A stretch of 61,550 bases of DNA from an uncultured Prevotellaceae bacterium (GTDB taxonomy: Bacteria; Bacteroidota; Bacteroidia; Bacteroidales; Bacteroidaceae), in contig CACXAG010000013.1 in assembly GCA_902765585.1 (NCBI GenBank), positions 1-61,550 of the forward strand, read 5' to 3'. Positions 1-9,231 of the stretch are shown here, piece by piece (position 1 is the stretch's first letter; each line of letters opens with the position of its first letter). Under the pieces are notes generated by a model, which was given only the letters and a program-made list of their open reading frames with translations, made no database searches and was not told the DNA's origin. The translations under genes and the position numbers were made by a program.

Positions 1-1
1 T

Positions 2-400
2 GCCTCTAACCAGACCGGTCCGGGCAACAGCGTCAACTACTACAACTGCACTTTCTACCGCCTGGGCTGGAATGGCGGCCAGTGGGGCAACTACAATGGT
101 ATGAACGGTAAGGGCGACTCCTACTGGAACATGAAGGACTGCATCTTCTATGCCTGTAGCCAGGCTGGCGGCGTGCCCCGTCGTTTCCTTCATGGTAAGG
201 CCAACCAGCCCACGGCAACCTTTGCCAACAACACCTACATGCAGGCCGACGGCACTTTCGACTCGGTTGGCGACTACGACAAGTCGGGAACCCAGATTGA
301 GGAGGACCCGCAGTTTGCCAATCCTGCCGCCGCCGACTTCCACATCAGCGGTCCTACCCAGTTGGCCCGCAAGACCGGTGACCCGCGCTGGCTTCCGTGA
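2..400 (+). CDS. C-terminal part of a DUF4957/DUF5123-like PUL surface protein (pectin-lyase-like beta-helix), 5' truncated by the window
   Basis: Frame open from base 2 (ASNQTGPGNSVNYYNCTFYRLGWNGG...). NCTFY/DCIFY beta-helix-type motifs and the ending DPQFANPAAADF...GDPRWLP. Sits directly upstream of susC. Confidence 0.65.
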   Translation, partial: ASNQTGPGNSVNYYNCTFYRLGWNGGQWGNYNGMNGKGDSYWNMKDCIFYACSQAGGVPRRFLHGKANQPTATFANNTYMQADGTFDSVGDYDKSGTQIEEDPQFANPAAADFHISGPTQLARKTGDPRWLP

Positions 401-441
401 TAAATGGATAATTGATAATGGATAATTGATAATGGATAATT
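398..441 (+). repeat. Heptamer tandem array GATAAT(T/G) filling the gap between the upstream stop and the susC ATG
   Basis: tgataaatggataattgataatggataattgataatggataatt read directly. Confidence 0.9.
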
Positions 442-3400
442 ATGAAAAGATATATTAAAACCTTATGCCTCGGTGTGATGCTGCTGTTCTCGGCATCAGC
501 CCTGGCTCAGAACCAGACCGTAACGGGTACGGTGCTCGACGAGCTCGGTGACCCTGTTATTGGTGCAACGGTGACGGTAGAGGGAACGAAGACGGCTACC
601 GTGACCGACTTTGACGGTAACTACAAGATTACTGCCCCTGCCAATGCCAAGGTGGTCATCAGCTATATCGGCTATCTGCCCATGACTGTCAAGCCCGGCG
701 GTACGGTAAAATTGCAGGAAGACAAGCAGACGCTGGAGGAAGTGGTGGTCGTCGGTTACGGCTCGCAGAAGAAGGCCCACCTGACGGGTTCTATCTCGAC
801 AGTGCCTGTGGAAGACATCCAGGATCTGGCCAACGGTGGTCTGGCATCGTCGCTGTCCGGCTTGGTGAACGGTATGTCTGTCAGTGGCGGTGATGCCCGT
901 CCCGGCGAGAATGCCCGCATCAGCATCCGTGACGTCAACGCCCTTGGCGATGTAGGTTCTACCGCCCAGCAGCCGCTGTTCGTCATCGACGGCTACATCT
1001 ACCCCAACGACGTGAAGATAGGCAATGTGACGCAGAACCTCGGTGCTGAGGCTTTCAACAACCTCGACCCCTCGGAGGTGGAGAGTATTTCTGTGCTGAA
1101 GGATGCTTCGGCTGCCGTCTATGGTGCCCGTGCTGCCAACGGTGTCATCCTCGTCACCACGAAGAAGGGTAAGAAGGGTGCTCCCAGCATCAGCTATAGC
1201 GGTACGTTCGGTTTCACCGACGAGGTGGCCCGCCCCAAGATGCTGAGTGCCTACGACTTCGGTCGCCTGTATAATACCACGGCTGCTGCAGACCCCACGA
1301 ACACTAGCCTGAACAAGACCACCGCCCTCTATCAGGCCGATGAACTGGAGGCGATGAAGGCCCTGAACTACGACCTGCTGGACAAGTACTGGGAGACTGG
1401 TACAACGATGCGCCATGCCGTGAACGTCAGCGGAGCCACCGACAATGTGAGCTACTTTGCCGGCGGCAGCTACTACGACCAGACCGGTAACCTGGGCAAG
1501 CTCGACTACAACCGCTGGAACTACCGTGCCGGTGTGGACGTGAAGATCAGTGAATGGCTGTCGGCCAACATCACCGTCAGCGGTGACTACGGCAAGAAGG
1601 ACAAGCCCCTGCTGAAGGTAGGCGGTACGAATGCCGAGAAGGACTACAACCTGATGCTGACCCGTCCGCGCTACATGCCGGAGACCGTCGACGGCTACCA
1701 TATCCTGTCCTACGGTATCACCAACGGCGAGAAGGTGCAGAACCAGCGCTATTCCTACGACCTGCTGCAGAACAACGGTGACTACAGCAACAATATGACC
1801 TCGAACACCAGCATCAATGCCAGCATCGACTACGACTTCGGCTGGAGCAAGGTGCTGAAGGGACTGAAGCTGAAGCTCTCGTACTCGAAGAGCATCAACA
1901 ACGAGAAGACCAACGAGTTTGGCTCGTCATACGACATCTACCAGATGACCCGCCGCTACGGTAGCGGTATGCACATGTACACGCCGACAGCGGGCGACGA
2001 TCCCAGCTTCAACTACCTGTCAGAGACCAACTTCAACAAGCTGAACTATGCCAACGGCGACTACCTGAGCCGTAACATGATTCGCACGGACAACTACCAG
2101 ATCAACTTCACCGCCCAGTATGCCCGCGACTTCGGCAAGCACCACGTCAGCGCCCTGTTCTCCATCGAGAAGTCGGAGGCCGAGAGTGAGTTCGTGACCG
2201 GCCAGGTCAACGAGCCGTTGCCCTACACCAACCACCAGTCGAACTCCGGCGAGGGTGAGAAGAACACCGAGTTCAACCGCGCTGAGAGTGGTACGCTGTC
2301 GTACATCGGACGTATCAACTACGCCTACGCCGACCGCTACCTCTTCGAGTTCCTGCTCCGTTCCGATGCCTCCACCAAGTTTGCCCCCGAGAACTACTGG
2401 GGCACCTTTCCCGCCATCTCCGGCGGTTGGGTAATCAGCGAGGAGCCGTGGTTCCAAGACAGCAAGGTGGCCAAGTGGCTTGACTTCCTGAAAATCCGTG
2501 CCAGCTGGGGTCTCACCGGTCGTGACAACCTCGCTGCCTGGCAGTGGCTGCAGGTCTATACCCTCGACAAGAAGGGCAACCCCATCTTCGGTCAGGGTGC
2601 TAGTAAAGACCCGTCGAAGGGCACGCTGAACGGTATCAACAAGAATACCTCGGCCGTCAACCGCGACGTCCACTGGGACAAGTCGTACAAGACCAACATC
2701 GGTCTCGACTTCCAGGTGCTGAACAAGCGACTGGCCGTCAACTTCGACTGGTACTATGAGAAGAACCGCGAGATGCTGATGAACATCGCTCAGGACGTGC
2801 CCGCCACCGTCGGCACGCAGTCGGCTTCCGTCAACCTGGGTGAGATGAACAACTGGGGTTGGGAGCTCGGAATCACCTGGCGCGACAAGATTGGCAAGGA
2901 CTTCAAGTACCGCGTCGGCATCAATACCGGCTACTCGGACAACGAGGTGCTCAACATGGACTTCGCCACGCAGTACATCTACCGCCAGATTCAGCGCGGC
3001 GGCCGTACCGACATCGGTACCTGGGGCATGCAGTGCATCGGCATGTTCCGCTCGTTCCAGGACATCGAGGAGTATTTTGAGAAGTACAACATCACCTCGT
3101 ACATGGGCATGACCAAGGACAAGGTGCGTCCCGGTATGCTGATCTATAAGGACGTGCGCGGCGCCTACGACGACGCTACAGGAACCTACGCCGGACCTGA
3201 CGGCATCGTCGACAAGGACAACGACCAGGTGCAGCTGGGTACCCGTGGCAACATCTACGGCTTCACGATGAACCTCGGTGCCGACTGGAAGGGCGTCTCG
3301 CTGACCGCACAGTTCAATGCCAACTGGGGTGGCTACACCACCGTACCTGCACAGGCCATCGGCGTGGCATCGGGCAGCAATGTGGAATTCTACAACATGC

Positions 3401-3774
3401 CTTCGTTCTGGGATCCCGACAACGTTTATGTCTATCAGGACATCTACGACGGCAGCGGCAACCTCGTCATGAAGCAGAACCGCGACGCCTACTATCCGAA
3501 CCTGGCCTACCAGAGCGTCAACTCGGTGGCTTCGTCGTTCTGGCGCGTCAGCGCAGCCCGTGTCACCCTGAACCGTCTGACCCTGGCATACACGCTGCCC
3601 AAGCAGTGGTTCCAGAAGGTGGGCATCAAGAGCTGCCGCATCAACGTCACCGGCCAGAACCTCATCAACTTCTACAATCCCTATCCCGACAAGTTCACAA
3701 GCCCGCTGGCTGGTGCATACGGAGCATATCCTAACCTGAGAAAGTGGACGGTAGGTATCAATCTTTCATTCTAA
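442..3774 (+). CDS. susC: SusC/RagA family TonB-dependent outer membrane transporter
   Basis: Signal peptide, CarboxypepD_reg-like N-domain (VTGTVLDELGDPVIGATV), plug motif SISVLKDASAAVYGARAANGVILVTTKKG, C-terminal GINLSF. Confidence 0.97.
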   Translation: MKRYIKTLCLGVMLLFSASALAQNQTVTGTVLDELGDPVIGATVTVEGTKTATVTDFDGNYKITAPANAKVVISYIGYLPMTVKPGGTVKLQEDKQTLEEVVVVGYGSQKKAHLTGSISTVPVEDIQDLANGGLASSLSGLVNGMSVSGGDARPGENARISIRDVNALGDVGSTAQQPLFVIDGYIYPNDVKIGNVTQNLGAEAFNNLDPSEVESISVLKDASAAVYGARAANGVILVTTKKGKKGAPSISYSGTFGFTDEVARPKMLSAYDFGRLYNTTAAADPTNTSLNKTTALYQADELEAMKALNYDLLDKYWETGTTMRHAVNVSGATDNVSYFAGGSYYDQTGNLGKLDYNRWNYRAGVDVKISEWLSANITVSGDYGKKDKPLLKVGGTNAEKDYNLMLTRPRYMPETVDGYHILSYGITNGEKVQNQRYSYDLLQNNGDYSNNMTSNTSINASIDYDFGWSKVLKGLKLKLSYSKSINNEKTNEFGSSYDIYQMTRRYGSGMHMYTPTAGDDPSFNYLSETNFNKLNYANGDYLSRNMIRTDNYQINFTAQYARDFGKHHVSALFSIEKSEAESEFVTGQVNEPLPYTNHQSNSGEGEKNTEFNRAESGTLSYIGRINYAYADRYLFEFLLRSDASTKFAPENYWGTFPAISGGWVISEEPWFQDSKVAKWLDFLKIRASWGLTGRDNLAAWQWLQVYTLDKKGNPIFGQGASKDPSKGTLNGINKNTSAVNRDVHWDKSYKTNIGLDFQVLNKRLAVNFDWYYEKNREMLMNIAQDVPATVGTQSASVNLGEMNNWGWELGITWRDKIGKDFKYRVGINTGYSDNEVLNMDFATQYIYRQIQRGGRTDIGTWGMQCIGMFRSFQDIEEYFEKYNITSYMGMTKDKVRPGMLIYKDVRGAYDDATGTYAGPDGIVDKDNDQVQLGTRGNIYGFTMNLGADWKGVSLTAQFNANWGGYTTVPAQAIGVASGSNVEFYNMPSFWDPDNVYVYQDIYDGSGNLVMKQNRDAYYPNLAYQSVNSVASSFWRVSAARVTLNRLTLAYTLPKQWFQKVGIKSCRINVTGQNLINFYNPYPDKFTSPLAGAYGAYPNLRKWTVGINLSF

Positions 3775-3797
3775 TTAATTGTCAAAAGCTGAAAGTT

Positions 3798-6137
3798 ATG
3801 AAAAAGACAATCAAATATATGAGCTTCGGTCTGTTGACCGTTGTAGGGCTGGCATCTTGCTCCGACAAGTTCCTGGAGGATAAGAAGAACTACGGTCAGG
3901 TCAGTGAGGAGATTTACCAGTACTACGAGGGTGCCGTAGGTCGTCTGAACGACATCTACTCCCTCTGCCTGCCCAATGTGGCAGACCTCAACTGGCGCTA
4001 TCCGTCGTGCGGTACAAACGACGAGGCCGGTAAGTCTACCGAGGAGTACGTCAAGTTCAGTAAGTTCCTCAATCCGCAGAACGAGCTGTCGTCCATGGTC
4101 AGTGGCGGCGACCAGGCTGTCCCCGACTACTTCCTGGGCACGCAGAACAACATCCGTGAAAATACCTGGGGTCACATCCGCGACATCAACGACCTGATTC
4201 GTGGTGTGTCGAATGGTCCCTTATCTGAAGAGCAGAAGAACGAAATCCTGGGTCAGGCCTACTTCTTCCGTGCCTGGAGATACTACAACATGTTCAAGTT
4301 CTACGGCGGTCTGCCCATCGTGACCGAGGTGCTCAACCCCACGGCTGATGCCTTCACGCCGCGTTCCACTTCCAAGGCTACCTACGAGTTCATCCTCGGC
4401 GACCTGAAGAAGTCGGCTGAACTGCTGGCTGCCAGCACCGCCCACGGCGGCTGGGACACCAACAACTGGGGCCGCATCACCAGCGGTACCGCCCTCGCCC
4501 TGAAGGGACGCCTGATGCTCCTGTGGGCCAGCCCGCTCTTCAACCGTGCCAACGACCAGAGCCGCTGGACCAATGCCTACAACGAGATGAAGGCCGACCT
4601 GGCCACCATTAATGGTTGCGGCTACAGTCTCTACCAGACCGGCAGCAATGTCAACGGTAGCGACTTTGCCAACCAGTTTGTGCAGAACACCACCAACCCC
4701 GAGGCCGTGTTTGTCATCAACTACAACACCACCGCCATCCTGACGGGTATCGACGATGCTGCCAAGAACAACGTCTGGGAGCGCTTCATACGCCCTGACA
4801 ATTCGGGTGGTAACGGCTACGGTGCCGGCCTCATGCTGGTGCAGATGTTCCCCATGGCCGATGGCAAGCTGCCTCGCGGACTGGGAACCTATACCAAGCT
4901 GGAGACGTCGCAGTATGAATACGAGTCAGACTGTCCCTTCATGAACCGCGACCCGCGCTTCTACCGCACCTTCACCTTCCCCGGCTTCCGCTGGGCCTAC
5001 AAGGGCAGTGCTGCCGAGCACGACGCCCACAATCCCTCCGACGGTGCCAACTACACGCTGTGGAACTATGTATGGTATACCAACGTGGACGACCAGGGCA
5101 ACCCCGAGAGCGGCAACTCCTATTCGCCCGACAACCTGATGACTTCGAAGCAGGGTATCTATGTCCGCAAGAAGAGCGACGACATGGACTGCAACAGCTC
5201 TCCCGCCTACGTCTATAACGCCAGCGGCTGGAAGAGCGGTGCCGGTCCCTTCTACTCGTCTGCCCAGCTGATGGAAATCCGCTATGCCGAAGTACTGCTC
5301 AACCTGGCCGAGGCTGCCTGTGGTGCCGGTCAGATGGGCGAGGCTGTAGGCTATCTGCAGCAGATTCGCCAGCGTGCCGGCTATACCGCCGAGAACAACT
5401 ACGGCCTGCAGGCCAACCTGTCGGGTGACCAGGCCGCCTGTATGAGTGCTGTCCTGTACGAGCGCCAGATAGAGCTCGCCTACGAGGGCAAGCGCTTCGA
5501 CGACATGCGCCGCTGGATGCTCTACGACGGCGGTACGCAGCTGCCCGAGGGCGCTCCTTCTTCCTGGAAGCTGACGGGCTGGGGTGGCAACACCTGCACA
5601 TGGCTCGGCTTCAAGGCTTTCAACGGCCAGCGCCGCGAGACCATCGAGTTCCGCATAGGCGACAAGTATGGCGTAGGCAAGGAAATCTGGAACGGCGACC
5701 CGCTCATCACTGCCAAGGTGAATAAGGATGCCGAGGGCAAGGACGTTTCTGCCCTTGACATAGCTGTTGCCGACTACCGTACGGCTCATCCTGACACCAA
5801 GCTCACCAACGACGAAATCATGAACCTCGCCGAGGTCGTCTATGCCGCCGAGGCTATGATGCGCCCCGTGGGTGTCAACTTCAGCAACGCCGACGTCAAC
5901 GAGCAGTTGGCATCGCTCAAGGCTTGGTACAAGGAAAACCTCGTGGTGAAGGAGAAGAAGGGCGACGAGCGCGACTCGCAGCACAACGACCTCTACATCA
6001 ACTTCCGTCCCAAGTACTACTTCCTGGGTATGTCGTCAGGCGTCCAGAATGCCAACAAGGGTCTGCCCCAGACCATCGGCTGGCAGGACTACAACAACGG
6101 CGGCGCCAACGGTACCTTCGACCCCCTGGCAGAGTAA
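3798..6137 (+). CDS. susD: SusD/RagB family nutrient-binding lipoprotein (long, about 779 aa)
   Basis: Start re-assigned to ATG 3798 (MKKTIK...LASC lipobox). Motifs GQAYFFRAWRY, IRYAEVLLNLAEA, ERQIELAYEGKRFDDMRRW. Follows susC. Confidence 0.95.
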   Translation: MKKTIKYMSFGLLTVVGLASCSDKFLEDKKNYGQVSEEIYQYYEGAVGRLNDIYSLCLPNVADLNWRYPSCGTNDEAGKSTEEYVKFSKFLNPQNELSSMVSGGDQAVPDYFLGTQNNIRENTWGHIRDINDLIRGVSNGPLSEEQKNEILGQAYFFRAWRYYNMFKFYGGLPIVTEVLNPTADAFTPRSTSKATYEFILGDLKKSAELLAASTAHGGWDTNNWGRITSGTALALKGRLMLLWASPLFNRANDQSRWTNAYNEMKADLATINGCGYSLYQTGSNVNGSDFANQFVQNTTNPEAVFVINYNTTAILTGIDDAAKNNVWERFIRPDNSGGNGYGAGLMLVQMFPMADGKLPRGLGTYTKLETSQYEYESDCPFMNRDPRFYRTFTFPGFRWAYKGSAAEHDAHNPSDGANYTLWNYVWYTNVDDQGNPESGNSYSPDNLMTSKQGIYVRKKSDDMDCNSSPAYVYNASGWKSGAGPFYSSAQLMEIRYAEVLLNLAEAACGAGQMGEAVGYLQQIRQRAGYTAENNYGLQANLSGDQAACMSAVLYERQIELAYEGKRFDDMRRWMLYDGGTQLPEGAPSSWKLTGWGGNTCTWLGFKAFNGQRRETIEFRIGDKYGVGKEIWNGDPLITAKVNKDAEGKDVSALDIAVADYRTAHPDTKLTNDEIMNLAEVVYAAEAMMRPVGVNFSNADVNEQLASLKAWYKENLVVKEKKGDERDSQHNDLYINFRPKYYFLGMSSGVQNANKGLPQTIGWQDYNNGGANGTFDPLAE

Positions 6138-6166
6138 AGAAGATGAAAGATGAAGTCCTCGATTAA

Positions 6167-6231
6167 GCGAGACCAGAGCTAAGCTTGCTTAAGCTATGGC
6201 GAGCGTGAGAGGACTCGATACGAAGTATCAA
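6167..6231. repeat. Palindromic REP-like intergenic element
   Basis: Imperfect palindrome agctaagcttgcttaagct and hairpin gatac-gaa-gtatc. Resembles an element I recall from Prevotella intergenic DNA (unverified). Confidence 0.45.
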
Positions 6232-6340
6232 AGATTAAACATGAAAGATTAAATTCGCTTCGCGATTAAGAATTAAGAGTTAAATATTAAGCGTTGTCAC
6301 TTCGCGATTAAGAATTGAGTATTAATCACGAACCTTTGTA

Positions 6341-6375
6341 GGCAGGCTCTTCACCGTGAGGGTGGAGAGCCTGCT
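6341..6375 (+). terminator. Strong stem-loop downstream of susD, a probable terminator or processing hairpin
   Basis: gcaggctcttcacc-gtgag-ggtggagagcctgc, 14-bp stem with one G-U pair and no clear U tract. Confidence 0.6.
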
Positions 6376-6482
6376 GCTATCATCAACCGTGATGATTAGA
6401 AGGCATTTTCGTCTGAATGTAAGGCCGGAAGAACCGCCAAAAACAGTTCATAGTTAGCGATATTCGCCATCACAGCCCCCTC

Positions 6483-6710
6483 ATGAATGTTGACGTGTCA
6501 GGATGCGACTATGTCGTCATCAAATTTGCAGAACCAGTACCTGCTGGTTGGTGTGTTGCTTTTTGGAGCGATCAGAGCAATGAGCCCGTTTCAGAAGGCT
6601 CGACTGAATACAAATTAGTTTTTTCAGAAGACCCGCATAAAGAAATAGGCGTCAACGCAAATGGTATTCTTTTCTTTTCTATACCATCAATTTTATGTTT
6701 CAAAGTCTGA
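6483..6710 (+). pseudogene. Probable gene fragment (beta-rich, carbohydrate-binding-like segment)
   Basis: DVSGCDYVVIKFAEPVPAGWCVAFW looks like real protein but has no signal peptide. It degrades into AT-rich sequence and runs into a 21-bp repeat array. Confidence 0.4.
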
Positions 6711-6779
6711 AATGTGTGTTTCAAACTTTGAAACGTATGTCCCAAAGCCTGCAACATACATTTCAAAGCCTGCAATATA
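6696..6779. repeat. Four tandem 21-bp quasi-palindromic units
   Basis: tgtttcaaagtctgaaatgtg / tgtttcaaactttgaaacgta / tgtcccaaagcctgcaacata / catttcaaagcctgcaatata. Confidence 0.85.
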
Positions 6780-6852
6780 ACTTTTTTGCCTTATAAAATA
6801 CTTTTTCCTTTAGGAGCTAACAATTCTCTCCACTATAATTGGAATAAAATGA

Positions 6853-8343
6853 TTACCTTGGTGGAGATAATGGGGCTTTTCGGAGGCGGAGTAGGACGTA
6901 GAGGCAGGCGATGATGACGTAGACCATCAGGAGTCCGAAGGTGGTGAGATGGATGCCGTCGATGGTGCAGCCTGGCAGGCTGGCGATAGCGGCCAACAGG
7001 TGGTTCATCAGCAGGACAAACCACGACAGGACGGCAACCAGCATACCCTGCAGGCCGCTCCACCAACAGCAGGCGATGGTGGCGAGGGCGAGATAGAGGA
7101 TGATGGTGGCTAAGGGGATGACGACGTAGTTGGCGAGCAGAAAATAGGTGGCGAAGCGCTCAAAGTAGTAGGCGATGAGCGGTGCCGTGCCTACTTGTGC
7201 GGACAGCGAGACGGTGGTCAGGCCCCAGAGGAACTTCAGCCAGCGGTGGCGCTGCAGGACGTGGGCAGGCACCAGACTCTCGAACAGCGGGCAGAATAGG
7301 AGAATGGCGAGTACGGCGGCAAACGACAGCTGGAATCCCATGTCGTAGACGGCCAACGGGCGAATGGCGAGCATGACGATGGCGGTGAAGGCCAGCGTGT
7401 TGACGGACATGCGCTCGCGGTGTCCTAACGACAGCAGGGCATAGACGCTGATCATGAAGGCGGCACGCATGACGCTGGGCGCCAGTCCCACCAGGAAGGC
7501 GAAGCCCCAGATGGCCAGAACAATGAGCAGCTGCGACACCATGCGTATGCGGCGCCAGCCGACGAACAGCGTGATGACGCCATAGATAATCATCAGGTGC
7601 AGTCCGCTGAGGGCGAGGATGTGCGACGCTCCCACCTGCGAATAGGTATCCTTGAGTTGCGCGTCCACCTGCGACTTCTCGCCCAGCGTCATCGCTGCCA
7701 GGATGCCGTAGGCCTCGTCGCCGATGCCCCAATGGCGGTAGCGTTGCAGCAGTTGGTGGCGCCAGGTCAGAGCCCGCAGGCGGGCTCGCTCCAGTAATGT
7801 CAGCCCTGACAGCGACAACTCCTGACTATGCCAGTCGGTGGGACGTGCAAACAGTTCGCCAGCGAAGCCGTGGCAGGCCATATAGCGCTGGTAGCTGAAA
7901 TGACCGCGCTGCCACGCGTGTACCTTATTAATATATGTATTGATGACGAGTCCGTTGCCGAGGGCAATCTGTTCGCTGCGCCTGTCGCGGGCGATGCGCC
8001 CCCGCAGCTTGCGGTGCCCATGCGTTGTCAGTAGGTCGACGACAATGAATTTTTCTTTGATGACGGGCTCATTGATGACCACACACTCCACTTGCTGCCG
8101 TCCTTCCGCCCATTCGACAGCCAGTTGCTGGTCGGCCCTGGCCCGTAGCAATACGCCAACCATGACGACGCCCATGCCAATAGCGGCTGTCTGCAGACGT
8201 GGATGGTGTCGCAGTAGACATGCTGCTGCCGCCAGACCTGCCAAGAGTAGCAGGGCTATCAGTTGTTCATTGAACCATTCGCCCAACAGAATGCCTGCTA
8301 TCAGGCAGACGGCCAGTGGCAGGAGTGGGGCGTGGGAGGACAT
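6853..8343 (-). CDS. comEC: ComEC/Rec2 competence membrane protein (no C-terminal beta-lactamase domain)
   Basis: AAMTLGEK, GASHILALSGLH, PSVMRAA and GFQLSFAAV motifs. Start re-assigned to ATG 8343 because the upstream extension is translated heptamer repeat. Confidence 0.9.
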   Translation of the reverse strand: MSSHAPLLPLAVCLIAGILLGEWFNEQLIALLLLAGLAAAACLLRHHPRLQTAAIGMGVVMVGVLLRARADQQLAVEWAEGRQQVECVVINEPVIKEKFIVVDLLTTHGHRKLRGRIARDRRSEQIALGNGLVINTYINKVHAWQRGHFSYQRYMACHGFAGELFARPTDWHSQELSLSGLTLLERARLRALTWRHQLLQRYRHWGIGDEAYGILAAMTLGEKSQVDAQLKDTYSQVGASHILALSGLHLMIIYGVITLFVGWRRIRMVSQLLIVLAIWGFAFLVGLAPSVMRAAFMISVYALLSLGHRERMSVNTLAFTAIVMLAIRPLAVYDMGFQLSFAAVLAILLFCPLFESLVPAHVLQRHRWLKFLWGLTTVSLSAQVGTAPLIAYYFERFATYFLLANYVVIPLATIILYLALATIACCWWSGLQGMLVAVLSWFVLLMNHLLAAIASLPGCTIDGIHLTTFGLLMVYVIIACLYVLLRLRKAPLSPPR

Positions 8344-8348
8344 AGGGA

Positions 8349-8405
8349 GATGAAAGATGAAAGATGAAAGATGAAAAATGAAAGATGAAAAATGAAAGAT
8401 GAAAA
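8349..8405. repeat. Heptamer array (GATGAAA/AATGAAA), about 8 units, between the HAD gene and comEC
   Basis: Read directly. Confidence 0.95.
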
Positions 8406-8413
8406 GAGCGGGG

Positions 8414-9109
8414 TCAGAGCAGGATGTCGAGCAGCTGGCTGAAGCGGGTGATTTTCTGCAGGCGGGGGTGGGGGAACTCCTCACTCTTCTCCAGTTCCCA
8501 GACCACGTGGTAGGGGATGTGGACGGCGTAGGCGCCAGCTTGAAGGGCGGGGGCGATGTCCGAACGGAACGAGTTGCCTACCATGAGTGTCTGTTCAGGA
8601 GCTACGCCGAGGTTCTCGCAGAGCTGGCGGTATTCTTTCTCGGTCTTGTTGGAGACGGTCTCCATGTGCGAGAAATAGGGCTCCAGTCCAGAGCGGTGCA
8701 ACTTGTTCTCCTGGTCGAGCAGCTCGCCCTTGGTGAAGACGACGAGGCGGTAGCGGCGCGACTGCGACAGCTGGCGCAGGGTGGCTTCGACCTCAGGCAG
8801 CGGCGTGGTGGGGAATAGCAGCAGCTGGCGTCCCAGGTCCAGCAGTTGCATGACGACGTCGCCCGTGAGCTGTTGGCGGCTGACGCGTACGGCATTCTCG
8901 ATGAGCGACAGGGTGAAGGCCTTGGTGCCATAGCCTGTCAGGGGCAGGTTCTTGCGCTCGGTGGCAAAGAGTCCCTGGCTGACCTCGTCGGGGGTAGCCC
9001 ACGGCGCGAGCAGTTCACAGCACTTGTGTTCCACCTCGTCGAACCACGACTGGCAGTCCCACAGCGTGTCGTCGGCATCAAAAGCCAAAACCTTGACTAT
9101 ATTGCGCAT
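8414..9109 (-). CDS. HAD-superfamily hydrolase
   Basis: Motif I FDADDTLW, TKGELLDQENK, MVGNSFRSDI. Confidence 0.93.
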   Translation of the reverse strand: MRNIVKVLAFDADDTLWDCQSWFDEVEHKCCELLAPWATPDEVSQGLFATERKNLPLTGYGTKAFTLSLIENAVRVSRQQLTGDVVMQLLDLGRQLLLFPTTPLPEVEATLRQLSQSRRYRLVVFTKGELLDQENKLHRSGLEPYFSHMETVSNKTEKEYRQLCENLGVAPEQTLMVGNSFRSDIAPALQAGAYAVHIPYHVVWELEKSEEFPHPRLQKITRFSQLLDILL

Positions 9110-9170
9110 ACGCTAAATAATAAATAACAAATAATAAATAAAAAATAAAAAAACGCTCTTAGTTTGGTTG

Positions 9171-9178
9171 CAAAGGTA
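9171..9178 (-). promoter_or_regulatory. Bacteroidota -7 promoter element (TACCTTTG) for HAD-comEC
   Basis: Matches TAnnTTTG about 60 bp upstream of the HAD start. Confidence 0.65.
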
Positions 9179-9231
9179 GTACATTTCTCGCAATCATGCA
9201 ATAATTCGGCGGGCTTTTCGTTATTTTATAC

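Noticed and set aside
6572-6775. 67-aa minus-strand ORF with heptad repeats
   Set aside because: It is a translation of the 21-bp DNA repeat array with no independent coding evidence
6696-6779. Possible CRISPR array
   Set aside because: Units are directly adjacent with no spacers, degenerate, and there are no cas genes
8344-8484. N-terminal extension of ComEC in the ORF track (FIFHFSSFIFHL)
   Set aside because: It overlaps the HAD gene and is translated heptamer repeat. ATG 8343 is the better start.
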